Positions 13,059 through 25,153 of a stretch of DNA of 64,000 nucleotides are shown in pieces (within the stretch, counting starts at the first letter, position 1; every line of letters starts with the position of its first letter). Made by a program: the position numbers and the translations under genes. The notes under the pieces are model-generated. The model saw only the letters and a program-made list of their open reading frames with translations. It was not told where the DNA came from and ran no database searches. This DNA is from Paraspadella gotoi (taxonomy: Eukaryota > Animalia > Chaetognatha): contig CM119267.1 of NCBI GenBank assembly GCA_051294375.1, forward strand, positions 8,461,814-8,525,813. Direction: 5' to 3'.

Positions 13059-15092
13059 TCAACTTTCCGGCACGACCAAACTGCGGTAAGTTTTGCCCCC
13101 TACTGGAGCCAAAAGGAGGTGAGTCTTTCTCCCGTTGAGCGGCTGCGTCGCTCGAAAGTTCCCCGTCATCGCGGAAGACCCGCAGTTTTTGATTCGATTC
13201 AGTCTCTGCGCGGGGATAAGGGGTGAAGGGAGAGAGAAAAAAAGGGGGGGATTGTGGTGGATAAAGAAAATCAAGAAAATCAAGGGATCGAATATATTAT
13301 TATATTAATATATTAATATATCGAGATTGGCTAATTAGGGGATCAGGAAAACTATGGAATCTTCCCGCTAATTATTTAGTCTTTCCATCGAAAGTTCACG
13401 AAAGAAAAAAAAAACAACCAAAATATAAATTTGATGGACGACGTTACCTTTCCATTTCTTTTACTGAGAAACGAATTACCTGGTAAGTGGCGGCGTTGAC
13501 GAGACAGGGCGTTTCCATCACCATCCAAACCACGTTTTCCGCGCAAGGGGGCGACGTCAAACTACCCTGATAACTTTAGAGTCACCATCATAAAAAAATT
13601 ATTCGGTATTGTTAATGGGTATTTCCTCTAGAAAATAACGATCAGTAAACCGAAACTACTCGCCTATGGATCCTGATTGCCGGCGGATCGGCGCCGGTCG
13701 CCGCCGCGAGCTGACGCTCGAAAAAAGCCGGCGCCAGAGCGAAGCGAGGTTTGATGACGTGGGCGAAGGCGGCGCGAGAACCTGAGAGCGCCACCTCGTT
13801 GAAGGACTGAGACAGCGTTGTGAGAGGAGCCGGCTCTGAGTGGGTCTCGGGGCCTTGGAAATTATCGATCGATGAGTTGAACAATCATTTACTGCAATCA
13901 TTCAGTCAATCAATCGATCGAACATTTGTTAAATCATTTAATTAGGTAAATTAGTTAATCAATCAATCGATTAAATTAATCTAAAACAATCAATGAAAAA
14001 TGAACAATCAAACGCAAATCAATAAATCATGTAAATCAGTAAATCGATCGATCAATCAATCAATCAGTCATTCAACCTGTGTTCATTTCAAAAAGAACAG
14101 CGACGATGGTCGTCTGCCCCGAGAAGACGTTTTCGTGAAAGAGTTGAAGTTCGAGAGGAAATTGATGTCCGTCGATCTTGTGTTCCGAAGGCCAGTGGAA
14201 ATCCAGGCGACTGAGCAGAACGGGATCATTGAATGATGACGCGGGATTCTCAAAATATTGTAATAAAGAATTCCTGAATCCCTGAACTCGTTTGCTATCT
14301 TATTTTGGATAGGATGGAACATGGAACAAAATTGGAACATTGTAAAATACTATTGGAATTTAATGAGTTTGCCCGTTCAACCAATAAGTTTCTCATTAAA
14401 TTACCGCAAGGAATAAAATCCACCCTCGAAGGAAAGGCCGATTCTTTGACTCTCTGAAGCGGACAGTGTCAACTGCAAAACAAAAGTCGATTCGTTATTT
14501 TATATTTCAATTTTCTTTTCTCTTATTGCGACCGGAATACGATAAAAAGGATAAAAATAGAAAATGACAAAATTTAAAAGCAAACTGCAAATGCAGTCAA
14601 AATATATATTTTTTTGGTCAAAATGTTATTTTATAAATAAAATTAAAATTAAAAACACCAAAAATTCCCAAATGTTAAAGTTACGATGACGTCCATCTGC
14701 TAGAGCAACGCCACCTGCAACGAGCGTCCGTCGTTGACGAGATCGTAATCGCCCAGTTTGACGTCGCCGTAGCCGATGAAGGTGAAGTCGACCTCCTCGC
14801 GATGAGCCTTCGTCAATTTGGTGTAGACGTCGACGGGCGACTGGGCGGATCCTTGAAGACAGGTTGGAGGCCAGGAGGACTCGTCGGAGGAGAGGCGCCA
14901 CGTTGAGTAAGCGAAGCAATTGGCGAGAGGGGCCGTGGCTTTTTTTTTTTGTGGGGGGGGGCAGAAGAATCTGTTTAGATTTTCAATTTCTCATTAGTGA
15001 CACTGAAAGCCATTACCTCCTTGTTGACAACGAGTCCAGCCTAAAATTAATGTCAGCAAAATGATGGTCGATAAAATTAAAAAGTAAAGCAT
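13059..15092 (-). CDS. Secreted alpha-carbonic anhydrase-related protein (CARP), probably acatalytic, 7 exons
   Basis: Signal peptide MLYFLILSTIILLTLILGWTRC; WPPTC..GSAQSPVDV; NDGRS; RLDFHWPSEH; ELQLFH; YQGSLTSPPCAENVVW; NFRATQPLNGR. Two of the three Zn ligands are substituted. Confidence 0.88.
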
Positions 15093-15370
15093 TATAATGA
15101 AAATATTGGAGCAGCGATAAAAGAGTGGGAGAATGAAAATTTGTTTTTTTCTTTTTTTTTCTTTTTTTTTCTTTTTTTTGCACTCGTCTAAAAAATTAAT
15201 GAGAGGATTATGCTTCTGACCATTGGTTTTCGACCAAAGGTTTTCGCCTCTGAATGTTTTCTCTTTTGAAACAGAAATTGAGAGGGAGAGAGAAAGTGAG
15301 AGATAGAGAGATAGAGAAAGAAAAAGAAAGAGAGAAAGAGAGATGAGAAAGCTTGAAATAAACTAAATCT

Positions 15371-15491
<121 letters not shown>

Positions 15492-16692
15492 ATCATTCAA
15501 GATTCTTCAATAATTCTTTAATGATTAAATTATACAACTGACGCCGTCAACTGTCAGCTATATTTTTAGATAGTGTTTTAAAATGTCAAAGTTTCAAATT
15601 GGTTTTTTTTAAAGCTTTGTGATTTTTTTTTATTAAAAAAAAAGCTTTGTGATTAAGATTAAGTGATAAAGCTAAATAAAATTTTTGAATTTTAAATATA
15701 TCGCGCAGTTTTATAAAATTTTTAACCCGATTAACAAAATGATTTATATTTTCTTCCATCAATTCAAATCTGTGAATCAAAATCAAGAAAAGCCTATTTT
15801 TTAATTGTGACGATTGTTAGAATGTTATACGCACTTGACTTAGAAGGGCCACTTTCACTACGCTCTTTTCTTCACCCTATTCATTTTATTGGTCATCGGC
15901 TTCTCTAATTCCAATTGGGCGGAATTCTTTAAAACCGCTTTGCTTTAAATTATATCAGGTGCTAACGAGAAGTTTTGTTTGAGTCGCACGGTCTACCATT
16001 AATCATTAATCAGTCTCGATCCATTTTTAATATATTGTCGCAGCGATTGCGTCGTCGTTGTCGTCCTTCTTCCAGTAGTGCATTGATGACAATTCTTTTT
16101 TTATATATTTTGCGAAGATGTTATCTAAAAAATCCGTCCAATTAATTGCTTACTTTCTCGCCTCATTGCTTGCAAATGGCTGGTCATCAGCGCCATGAAC
16201 AGGAGGTAGACCCTTCCGAATTCAACCTCGGCGTCGAGACGTCAATTTGTTGCTCAATGAGACGCGCAATGCGCCCATCGAGATACTTGGGCGGTGGTCC
16301 AAGATTCCATCTACCAAAATGTCTCATTTAATGGCCTTTCACTTTCAGCAATGGTTCATGAAAAAATCAGCGAAAGGAATTCTAAGCTTTTCATTTCGGA
16401 TTTCGCATAAAAAATAAAAAAATTTAAAAATTTTCGTTCACTCTTTTTTCCACCAGGCCTCGAACCCAAAATGTTTTCTCCCCCTCGTCCACCCTCTATC
16501 CGACTTCCCCACCTCGGTCGCCTCCTGCTGAGAATCTCGCCACCTGGATTCGGGAGAAGAAAAAAAAAAGAGCAACATCGTCGACCGGGAAACGAGGTCT
16601 CGATTCGCGAGTATAAAAATCTTGGCGAAGAGAATCCTCGTTCTCTTTTGAATCGCGTCTTTTCGACGACAACGACGACAACGACGACGAAG

Positions 16693-19048
16693 ATGAAGTT
16701 TCGTTTCCTCGTTTTCGCTCTCATTCCTCTTTTGGCCGCGGGAGAAGGTGAGGTCGTCGTTGTTGTCGTTGTTGTTGTAGTTTTTAAATGACGATTGATG
16801 ATCCCGACTTTTTGTCGCTAATTCTGAAGAGCGACGTTTCACGATAAGATAATGGAAGTTAAAGTGAATGGCAGAAGACGAGAAGTGGTTGACGGTTTAT
16901 CCATATTTTGTTTTATTTAAAAGACAGAAATCCACGTTCTGTCACAAAATTGACAGCTTATTGTTATTTATCTAACGGATAGAGTTTAAAAAAAAAATAG
17001 AAAAGCATATGAGTAGATGAGAGGTTTCACTTCTCTGCCATTTCCATATTCTCCCTTTCTTACCGTTTCTCTCCCTTCTTTCCCTTTACTTTCCTTCCCT
17101 TTTCTTTTCTTTTCTTTTCTTTTCTTTTCTTTTCTTCATTCATTTCCTTTCCTTTCTCTTCCTTTCCTTTCTTTTCCTTTTTCTGCCATTCTTTTCCTTT
17201 CCTTTCCTTGTTTTCCCTTTCCTTGTTTTCCCTTTCCTTTCAGAATGCTTCCCCGGCTCCACGATCGAGATTTGCTCGTCCCGTGACGTCGGCCCTTTCC
17301 ACTGCGTCGTCCGCGTCTGCAACGACGGGGGATTCTGGGAGACGCGCGCCGTCGACGCCTCCACCTCTCTCGCCGCCGCCGACGCCGTCTGCTTCCCCGG
17401 CGCTAAAATCCTCGCTTGCCACGCCGTCAACGACGAACCCATGGTCTGCGTAGAGCGCGTTTGCGGCGCCGAGGGGCGTTGGGGATCAGAAACTACCCCG
17501 GCAAATTTCGGCGCCGAAAAGCCCGAGTGCTTCCCCGGCGCCGAGATCACGGTCTGCAGGTCCGAGGACGGATCGCCGCTAGAGTGCGTCTCCAGATCCT
17601 GCGGTGATGACGGCAAGTGGATCGTCAAGGAGGCGCTCGAGACCTCGACGGCGCCGGCGTCGGAGTTCGGATGCCTTCCAGGCGCCGTCAACGTCCACTG
17701 CGAAAAGATCGGTGGGGCTCCCATGCGGTGCGTGCAGAGCTCGTGCGATATCGAGGGTCGATGGGGACCTTTGAAGGAATCCAACCCGTTTGCCGACGAC
17801 GTTCCCGAATGTTATCCCGGAACCATGGTGACCTTGTGTCAATCGGAAAAAAGCGGGCCCATGCGGTGCTCAACCAAGATGTGCAGCGCCGACGGAAGGT
17901 GGGACACGAAGGAAGCCTTCTCCGCCGCCCACGCCGGATGCATTGCCGGATCCGTCATCGTCCATTGCACGAGGGTCGATTCGGCGCCGATGAAGTGCTT
18001 CCAGAGCGTCTGCAAAGCCGACGGAACTTGGGGACCCAAGACGGAGATGGAAACCTTCGCCAACGAAGTCCCCGAGTGTCTCCCCGGCGTCAGAGTCACC
18101 GTTTGCCGCTCGGAGAATGACGAGCCGCTCCGCTGTGTCTCCAAATCTTGCGGCACCGACGGAAGGTGGCAAACGCGAGAGGCGTTGACGGGTGACGCCG
18201 CACATTGCTTTCCCGGCAGCGTTTCCGTTCGATGTGAAAAGTATTTCGACGAGCCCATGAAATGTTTCCGCAGCGTGTGCGAGGCGGAAGGAGTTTGGGG
18301 ACCCGAGGCGGATTGGAAGCCCTCGTCCGGGGTGTCTTGCGAAAAAGGAGACGCCTACGCTTTTTGCGGCGGAAAGGGATCGAGTTGCTACGGATTGAAA
18401 GGGAAGAAAGGCGGAAGTTGCTACAAGTTGAAAGGCGGAAAGGGTTCGAGCTGCTATTCGTATTGCGGCAGCAAAGGCGCCAGCTGCTACGCTTTCTGCG
18501 GCGGCAAAGGATCCAGTTGTTACTCGTTTCGCTGCGACGACGGTTGGTGGACGAAGACGGCGGGCGACGCCGAGCGGTGCTTCCCCGGCGCCGTCATGCG
18601 TCACTGCGTCAAAGTGAACGACCAACCCGCTCAATGCATCCGTCGAATATGCACCAAAGACGGAGTCTGGGGTCTCGAGGAAAAGTTGGAGGATCAGCTG
18701 CTCACGTGGAGTTGTTTCCCTGGGCTGACCGCGAAGATTTGTCTCAATGGAAAATGCAAGAGGTAAGAATCAGACATTATGGAAAATGGCCGAAATGAAG
18801 ATTTATGAACAAACTTTTTTAATATTTCTAAATCACCCTTTAGGTTCGTGTGCGGGGACGAAGGCACTTGGGAAGACGCCACGGATTGGTCGTCGACGGC
18901 CGCTTGGAGGTTCCATTCCCGCGAGTGCGTTCCCGGTTCCTTCGCCAAATCTTGCTTCCGGGCGGAGGGCGGCCCGCTGCGTTGTGAGACCACGGTTTGC
19001 GGACGTGACGGAAAGTGGGGCCCAGTCAGGAAGGAAGAGTACAATTGA
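16693..19048 (+). CDS. Secreted cysteine-rich repeat protein (~590 aa, about 12 repeats of a ~40-aa four-Cys module), 3 exons
   Basis: Exon 1 16693-16747 encodes signal peptide MKFRFLVFALIPLLAAGE; exon 2 17244-~18762; exon 3 ~18845-19048. Module consensus approximately C[FLY]PG-x5-C-x6-P[ML]xC-x4-C-x3-GxW. Confidence 0.85.
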
Positions 19049-19318
19049 AAAAAGGGGAAAGGGCCTTTGGGAGATAGAAGCGATTTAAAACGATGCTCTG
19101 TGTAGATTCTTGTTGTAAAATATAAATGATTAATAATCATATGATTATAATCATTGATTATCGTATTGTTTCTTTCGATTCGTTGTGTTAAGAGATTAGT
19201 TTGAGGCAAGAAAGGTTTTTATTATTGTTTACATACAACGATTTTTTTATATTTTGAAACCAAACAAATCGTCATGTAAACAATAATAACAAACTTTCTT
19301 GCCTTAAANNNNNNNNNN

Positions 19319-19650
19319 GGGACGAAGGCACTTGGGAAGACGCCACGGATTGGTCGTCGACGGCCGCTTGGAGGTTCCATTCCCGCGAGTGCGTTCCCGG
19401 TTCCTTCGCCAAATCTTGCTTCCGGGCGGAGGGCGGCCCGCTGCGTTGTGAGACCACGGTCTGCGGACGTGACGGAAAGTGGGGCCCAGTCAGGAAGGAA
19501 GAGTACAATTGAAAAAAGGGGAAAGGGCCTTTGGGGGGATAGAAGCGATTTAAAACGATGCTCTGTGTAGATTCTTGTTGTAAAATATAAATGATTAATA
19601 ATCATATGATTATAATCATTGATTATCGTATTGTTTCTTTCGATTCGTTG
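19319..19650 (+). repeat. Near-identical duplicate of exon 3 and 3' UTR of the Cys-rich gene, immediately after an N gap
   Basis: Matches ~18857-19190 almost base for base. Confidence 0.85.
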
Positions 19651-19669
19651 TGTTTTCACGAAGTAAACC

Positions 19670-19671
19670 AA

Positions 19672-19703
<32 letters not shown>

Positions 19704-22700
19704 TCTCTTCTACTCTCTCTCTCTCTCTTCTCTCCTCTCTCTCTCTCTCTCTCTCTTTCTCTCTATTCTCTCTCTCTTTTTTTATCATTCAAGGATTCTT
19801 AATAATTCTTTAATGATTTAAATTATACAAACTTGACGCCGTAACTAGTCAGCTATATTTTTAGATCGAGTACTTGTAAAGTTGTAACACTATAAAAAAT
19901 GTCAAAGTTTCAAATTGGTTTTTTTTAAAAGCTTTGTGATTTTTTTTTATTAAAAAAAAAAGCTTTGTGATTTTAAAGATTAAGTGATTAAAGCTAAACC
20001 TACAATTTTGAATTTTAAATATAACGCGCAGTTTTATAAAATTTTAACCGATTAACAAAAATGGATTTATATTTTCTCCATCAAATCAATCGCTGAATCA
20101 AAATCAAGAAAAAGCCTATTTTTAAATGTGACAGATTTTAGAATGTTATACGGCAGCTTGACTTAAAGGGCCACTTGTCACTAACGCTCTTTTCTTCACC
20201 CTATTATTTTATTGGTCATCGGCTTCTCTAATTCAATTGGCGGAATTCTTTACAACCGCTTTTGCTTTAAATTATATCAGGTGCTAACGAGAAGTTGTTG
20301 AGTCGCACGGTCTACCATTAATCATTAATCAGTCTTCGATCCCTATTTTTTATATATTGGTTCGCAGCGATCTGCGTCGTCCGTTGTCGTCCTTCTTCCA
20401 GTTGTGCATTTGATGACAATTCTTTTTATATAATTTTTCTGTAAGATTGTTATCTAAAAAACCGTCCCATTAATTGCTTACTTTCTCGTCTCATTCTTGC
20501 AAATGCTGGTCATCAGCGCCATGAACAGGAGTAGACCCTTCGAATTCAACCTCAGGCGTCGAGACGTCAATTTGTTGCTCAATGAGGCGCGCAATGCGCC
20601 CCACGAGATACTTGGGCGGTGGTCCAAGATCCATCTACCAAAATGTGTCATTTAATATGCCTTTCACTTTCAGCAATGGTTATGAAAAAAAATGCAGCAA
20701 AGGAATTCTGTTTTCATTTCGGGTTTCGCATAAAAAAAAAATAAAAAAATTAATGAATTTTCGTTCACTCTTATTTCCATCCAGGCCTCGACCCAAATGT
20801 TTTCGTCCCCCTCGTACACCCTCTATCGACTTCCCACTTCGGTCGCCTCCTGCTGAGAATCTCCGCCACCCTGGATTCGGGAGAAGAAAAAAAAAAGAGC
20901 AACATCGTCGACCGGGAAACGAGTCTCGATTCGCGATATAAAAATCTTGGCGAACAGAGAATCCTCGTTCCTCTTTTGAACTACGCGTACTTTCGACGAC
21001 AACGACGACAACGACGACGAGTGAAGTTTCGTTCCTCCGTTTTCGCTCTCATTCCTTTTTGGCCGGGCGGGAGAAGGTGAGGTACGTCGTTGTTGTCGTT
21101 GTTGTGTTGTTAGTATGTTTTTTAAATGACGATTGATGATCCCGACTTTTTGTCGCTAATTCTGAAGAGCGACGTTTCACGAATAAGATAATGGAAGTTC
21201 AAGTGAATGGCAGAGAAGAGAAGTGGTTGACGTTTATCCTATATTTTATTTAAAATGACAGAAATCTCACCGTCTGTCACAAAATTGACAGCTTATTGTT
21301 ATTTATCTAGACGGATAGATTTAAAAAAAAAATAGAAAAGCATATGAGTAGAATGGAAGGCCTTTTCAACTTTTTCCTCTTGTACCTCCCAGTTCCATAT
21401 TCTCCCTTCTTACCGTTTCTCTCCCTTCTTTACTCTTCCTTCTTTCTTTTTCCTTTTCCGCTTTTTTTTCTTTCTTTTCTTTTCTTCATTCAATTTCCTT
21501 TCCTTTCTCTTCCTTTCCTTTCCTTTCCTTTTTTCTGCCATTTTCTTCTTTCCTTTCCCTTTCCTTGTTTTCCCTTTCCTTTCAGAATGCTTCCCCGGCT
21601 CCACGATCGAATTTGCTCGTCCCGTGAAGTCCGCCCTTTCACTGCGTCGTCCGCGTCTGCAACACGGGGGATCTGGAAGACGCGCGCCGTCGACGCTCTC
21701 CACCTCTTCGCCGCCGCCGAACGCCGTCTGCTTCCCCCGGCGCTTAAAATCGCTCGCTTGCCCACGCCGTCAACGACGAAACCCATGGTCCTGCGTAGAG
21801 ACGCGTTTGCGGCGCCGAGGGGCGTGTGGGGATCAGAAACTACCCCGGCAAACTTTCGGCGCCGAACAGTCCCGAGTGGTTTCCCCGGCGCCGAGATACA
21901 GTCTGACCGGTCCGAGGACGGATCGCCGCTAGAAGTGGCGTCTCAGATCCTGCGGTGATGACGGCAAGTGGATCGTCAAGGAGGCGCTCGAGACCTCGAC
22001 GGCGCCGGCGTCGGAGTTCGGATGCCTTCCAGGCGCCGTCAACGTCCACTGCGAAAAAGATCGGTGGGCGCCCATGCCGGTGCGTGCACGAGCTCGTGCC
22101 GATATCGAGGGTCGATGGGACCTTTGAAGGAATCCAACCCGTTGCGACGACGTTCCCGAATGTTATCCCGGAACCATGGTGACCTTGTGTCAATCGGAAA
22201 AAAGGGGCCCATGCGGTGCTCAACCAAGATGTGCAGGCGCCGACGGAGGTGGGAACACGAAAGGAAGCCTTCGTCCGCCGCCCACGCCGGATGCATGCCG
22301 GATCCGTCATCGTCCATTGCACGAGGGTCGATTCCGGGGCGCCGATGAAGTGCCTTCCAGAGCGTCTGCAAAGCCGACGGAACTTGGGGACCAAGACGGA
22401 GATGGAAACTCGCCAACCGAAGTCCCGAGTGTCTCCCCCGGCCGTCAAGTCACCGTCTTGCCGCTCGGAGAATGACGAGCCGCTCCGCTGTGTCTTCTCA
22501 AATCTTGCGGCGCCGACGGAAGGTGGCAGACGGCGAGAAGCGGTTTGACGGGTGACGGAGCCGACGCACATTGCTTCCCTGGCAGCGTTTCCGTTCGAAT
22601 GTGAAAAGTAATTTCGACGAGCCCATGAAATGTTCCGCAGCGTGTGCGAGGCGGAAGGAGTTTGGGACCCCGAGGCGGATTGGAAGCCCTCGTCCGGGGT

Positions 22701-23690
22701 TCTTGCGAAAGAGGAGACGCCTACGCTTGTTTGCGGCGGAAAGGGATCGGAGTTGCTCGGATTGAAAGGGAAGAAAAGCGAAGTTTGCTACAAGTTGAAA
22801 GGCGGAAAAGGGTTCGAGCTGCTATTCGTATTGCGGCAGCAAAGGCGCCAGCTGCTACGCTTTCTGCGGCGGCAAAGGATCCAGTTGTACTCGTTTCGCT
22901 GCGACGACGGTTGGTGACGAAACGTGCGGCGACGCCGAGCGGTGCTTCCCCGGCGCGTCATGCGTCACTGCGTCAAAAGTGAACGACCAACCCGTCAATG
23001 CATCCGTCGAGTATTGCACAAAGACGGAAGTCTGGGGTCTCGAGGAAAGTTGGAGGATCAGCTGCTCACGTGGAGTTGTTCCACTGGCTGACCGCGAAGA
23101 TTGTCTCAATGGAAAATGCAAGAGGTAAGAATCGACGACATTAGGAAATGGAAAATGGCCGAAATGAAGATTTAATGAACAAACTTTTAATATTTCTTTC
23201 AAATCACCCTTTAAGGTTCGTGTGCGGGGACGAAAGGCACTTGGGAAGACGCCACGGATTGGTCGTCGACGGCCGCTTGGAAGTTCCCATTTCCGCCGAA
23301 GTGCGTTTCCGGTTCCTTCGCAATCTTGCTTCCGGCGCGAGGGCGGGCCCGCTGCGTTGTGAGACCACTGTCTTGCGGACGTGACTGAAAGTGGGGCCCA
23401 GTCCAGGAAGGAGAGTACAATTGAAAAAGGGGAAAGGGCTTAGGGAGATAGAGAGCGATTTAAAACGATGCTCTGTTGTAGATTCTTGTTGAAAAATATA
23501 TGATATTAATAATCATATGATTATAATCATTGATTATCGTAATTGTTTCTTTCGATTCGTTGTGTAAGAAGATTAGTTTGAGGCAAGAAAGGTTTTAATT
23601 ATTGTTTACATACAACGATTTTTTTTTATATTTGAAACCAAACAAATCGTCATGTAAACAATAATAACAAACTTTCTTGCCTTAAAATAT
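19670..23690 (+). pseudogene. Second, frameshift-riddled copy of the ~15360-19310 segment (Cys-rich gene plus upstream region); either an unpolished long-read copy of a tandem paralog/allele or a pseudogene
   Basis: Collinear with copy 1 through promoter, introns and exons. Differences are mostly 1-nt indels spread evenly over coding and non-coding sequence; start reads gagtgaag versus aagatgaag. Confidence 0.6.
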
Positions 23691-25079
23691 ATATGAAAAG
23701 AACGGTGATTGCTAATGTGTTACGAGACGGCCGCAGTGGACTTATTTTTCACGTGTATTTCCTTTGATCACATGATAATGAAAGACATGACATGACATGA
23801 CTTTCTTAGCCCTTGTATTTATGACATGGCACTGGCATCGAGTCTTTATGTCCATATTTTGATTTCCTGAAGAGTGGCGCTAGCAGTCCCTTAGATTTGA
23901 GTTTTTCCTGTCTTAACAAATGAAAACAACAATAGGCGAATTATATGCATTTTAACATTTTAACAGACATACCGACCTGGACAGACGGACAGACCGACCG
24001 AAAAATGAAATATTGAATTTTTTTTTATTTCGTTATCGTTGTCATTGTCGAAGTCGTTGCTTGACAGATTCCAGTCGCTCTTTTTATTTCTAAAACCTCA
24101 ATCAGATTTTTTTCGTTTCGTTTTTTTCCCTAATAATAAACCGGACAAATAAAAAGGAAGAGAAAATGAAAAATTTGAAATGCCACCCAAATAAAACTTT
24201 ACTCTCTCTCCGCCGAATTTATTTTAGATGTATTCGCGAAAAACTGTGGAAAAAAAAACTAAGAAAAAACCCTTTCGGGTGGGGGAATAAATACGCGGAC
24301 GTCTCTGTCTGTTTCGCAAAGATAAACCGTCAAAAATTTTTATCTTCTAAAATTCATTCGGAATAAAATTGTTTTTGGATTTAATGAAGTATCGGTGCAG
24401 ACGCTCATGTGATTAAGCTTAAAGTTACCAACTTACTACTTGATTGTCTCCTAATGTTTTTCTTTTTCTACGTTCATCATAATTCATTGACAGTTACCGC
24501 AGAGATAAAGATAAGAAAGGATCATACTATATAAGTCGCATTAACTGTGTACTCGTGTAGTTCAGAAAAACGGACCTCTCTTTCCATTTGAGACCTGGCC
24601 ACTGAGCGGCTGAGTTGTTGCGACTTTCCGTTTTGACCTCCAGTTGTGACCTCTTGAGCCTTGGTCGAAACCAACACGTCTCTGCATTCCCGCGAGGCCA
24701 AAGTCTTGGACTTCGCATGCGTCTCAAGAATTTGTCCATTTTGGGTCACGGCCCTCTCTCGGCCTCAATGGCTCCCCTACGTTTGTTGCTATGTTTGTTT
24801 GTTTTTTTTTTTTTTTAGATAAAACATGAGCTTTAAATGGATTTATCTATTCCATAGAAACCTAAAGCGATTCTATCTCGCTACTCTTAATTACATTATT
24901 GTCGCCGTTTCGTTGTCGGCGTTCTCTCGCGCGCATCGACGTTTATTGTTTCGTCGTTATATCTCCGCCGCTTCCGTCGTCGCCTAGCTACGGCGCCGTA
25001 TCGTCTAATGTCGTTAACGCCGTCGTCGTCATGGTCGTCGACATCGTCGTCGTCGTTTCCTTCTCCTCCTCCTCGCGCT

Positions 25080-25085
25080 TATAAA
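25080..25085 (+). promoter_or_regulatory. Candidate TATA box of the neuropeptide gene
   Basis: TATAAA in a GC-rich context ~70 nt upstream of the ATG at 25154. Confidence 0.35.
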
Positions 25086-25153
25086 TTGGTTTTGCGGCGC
25101 CACTTTCGTATTTCGACGACGAAGAATCAGCGCCAGGTGAAACGAACGCAACC

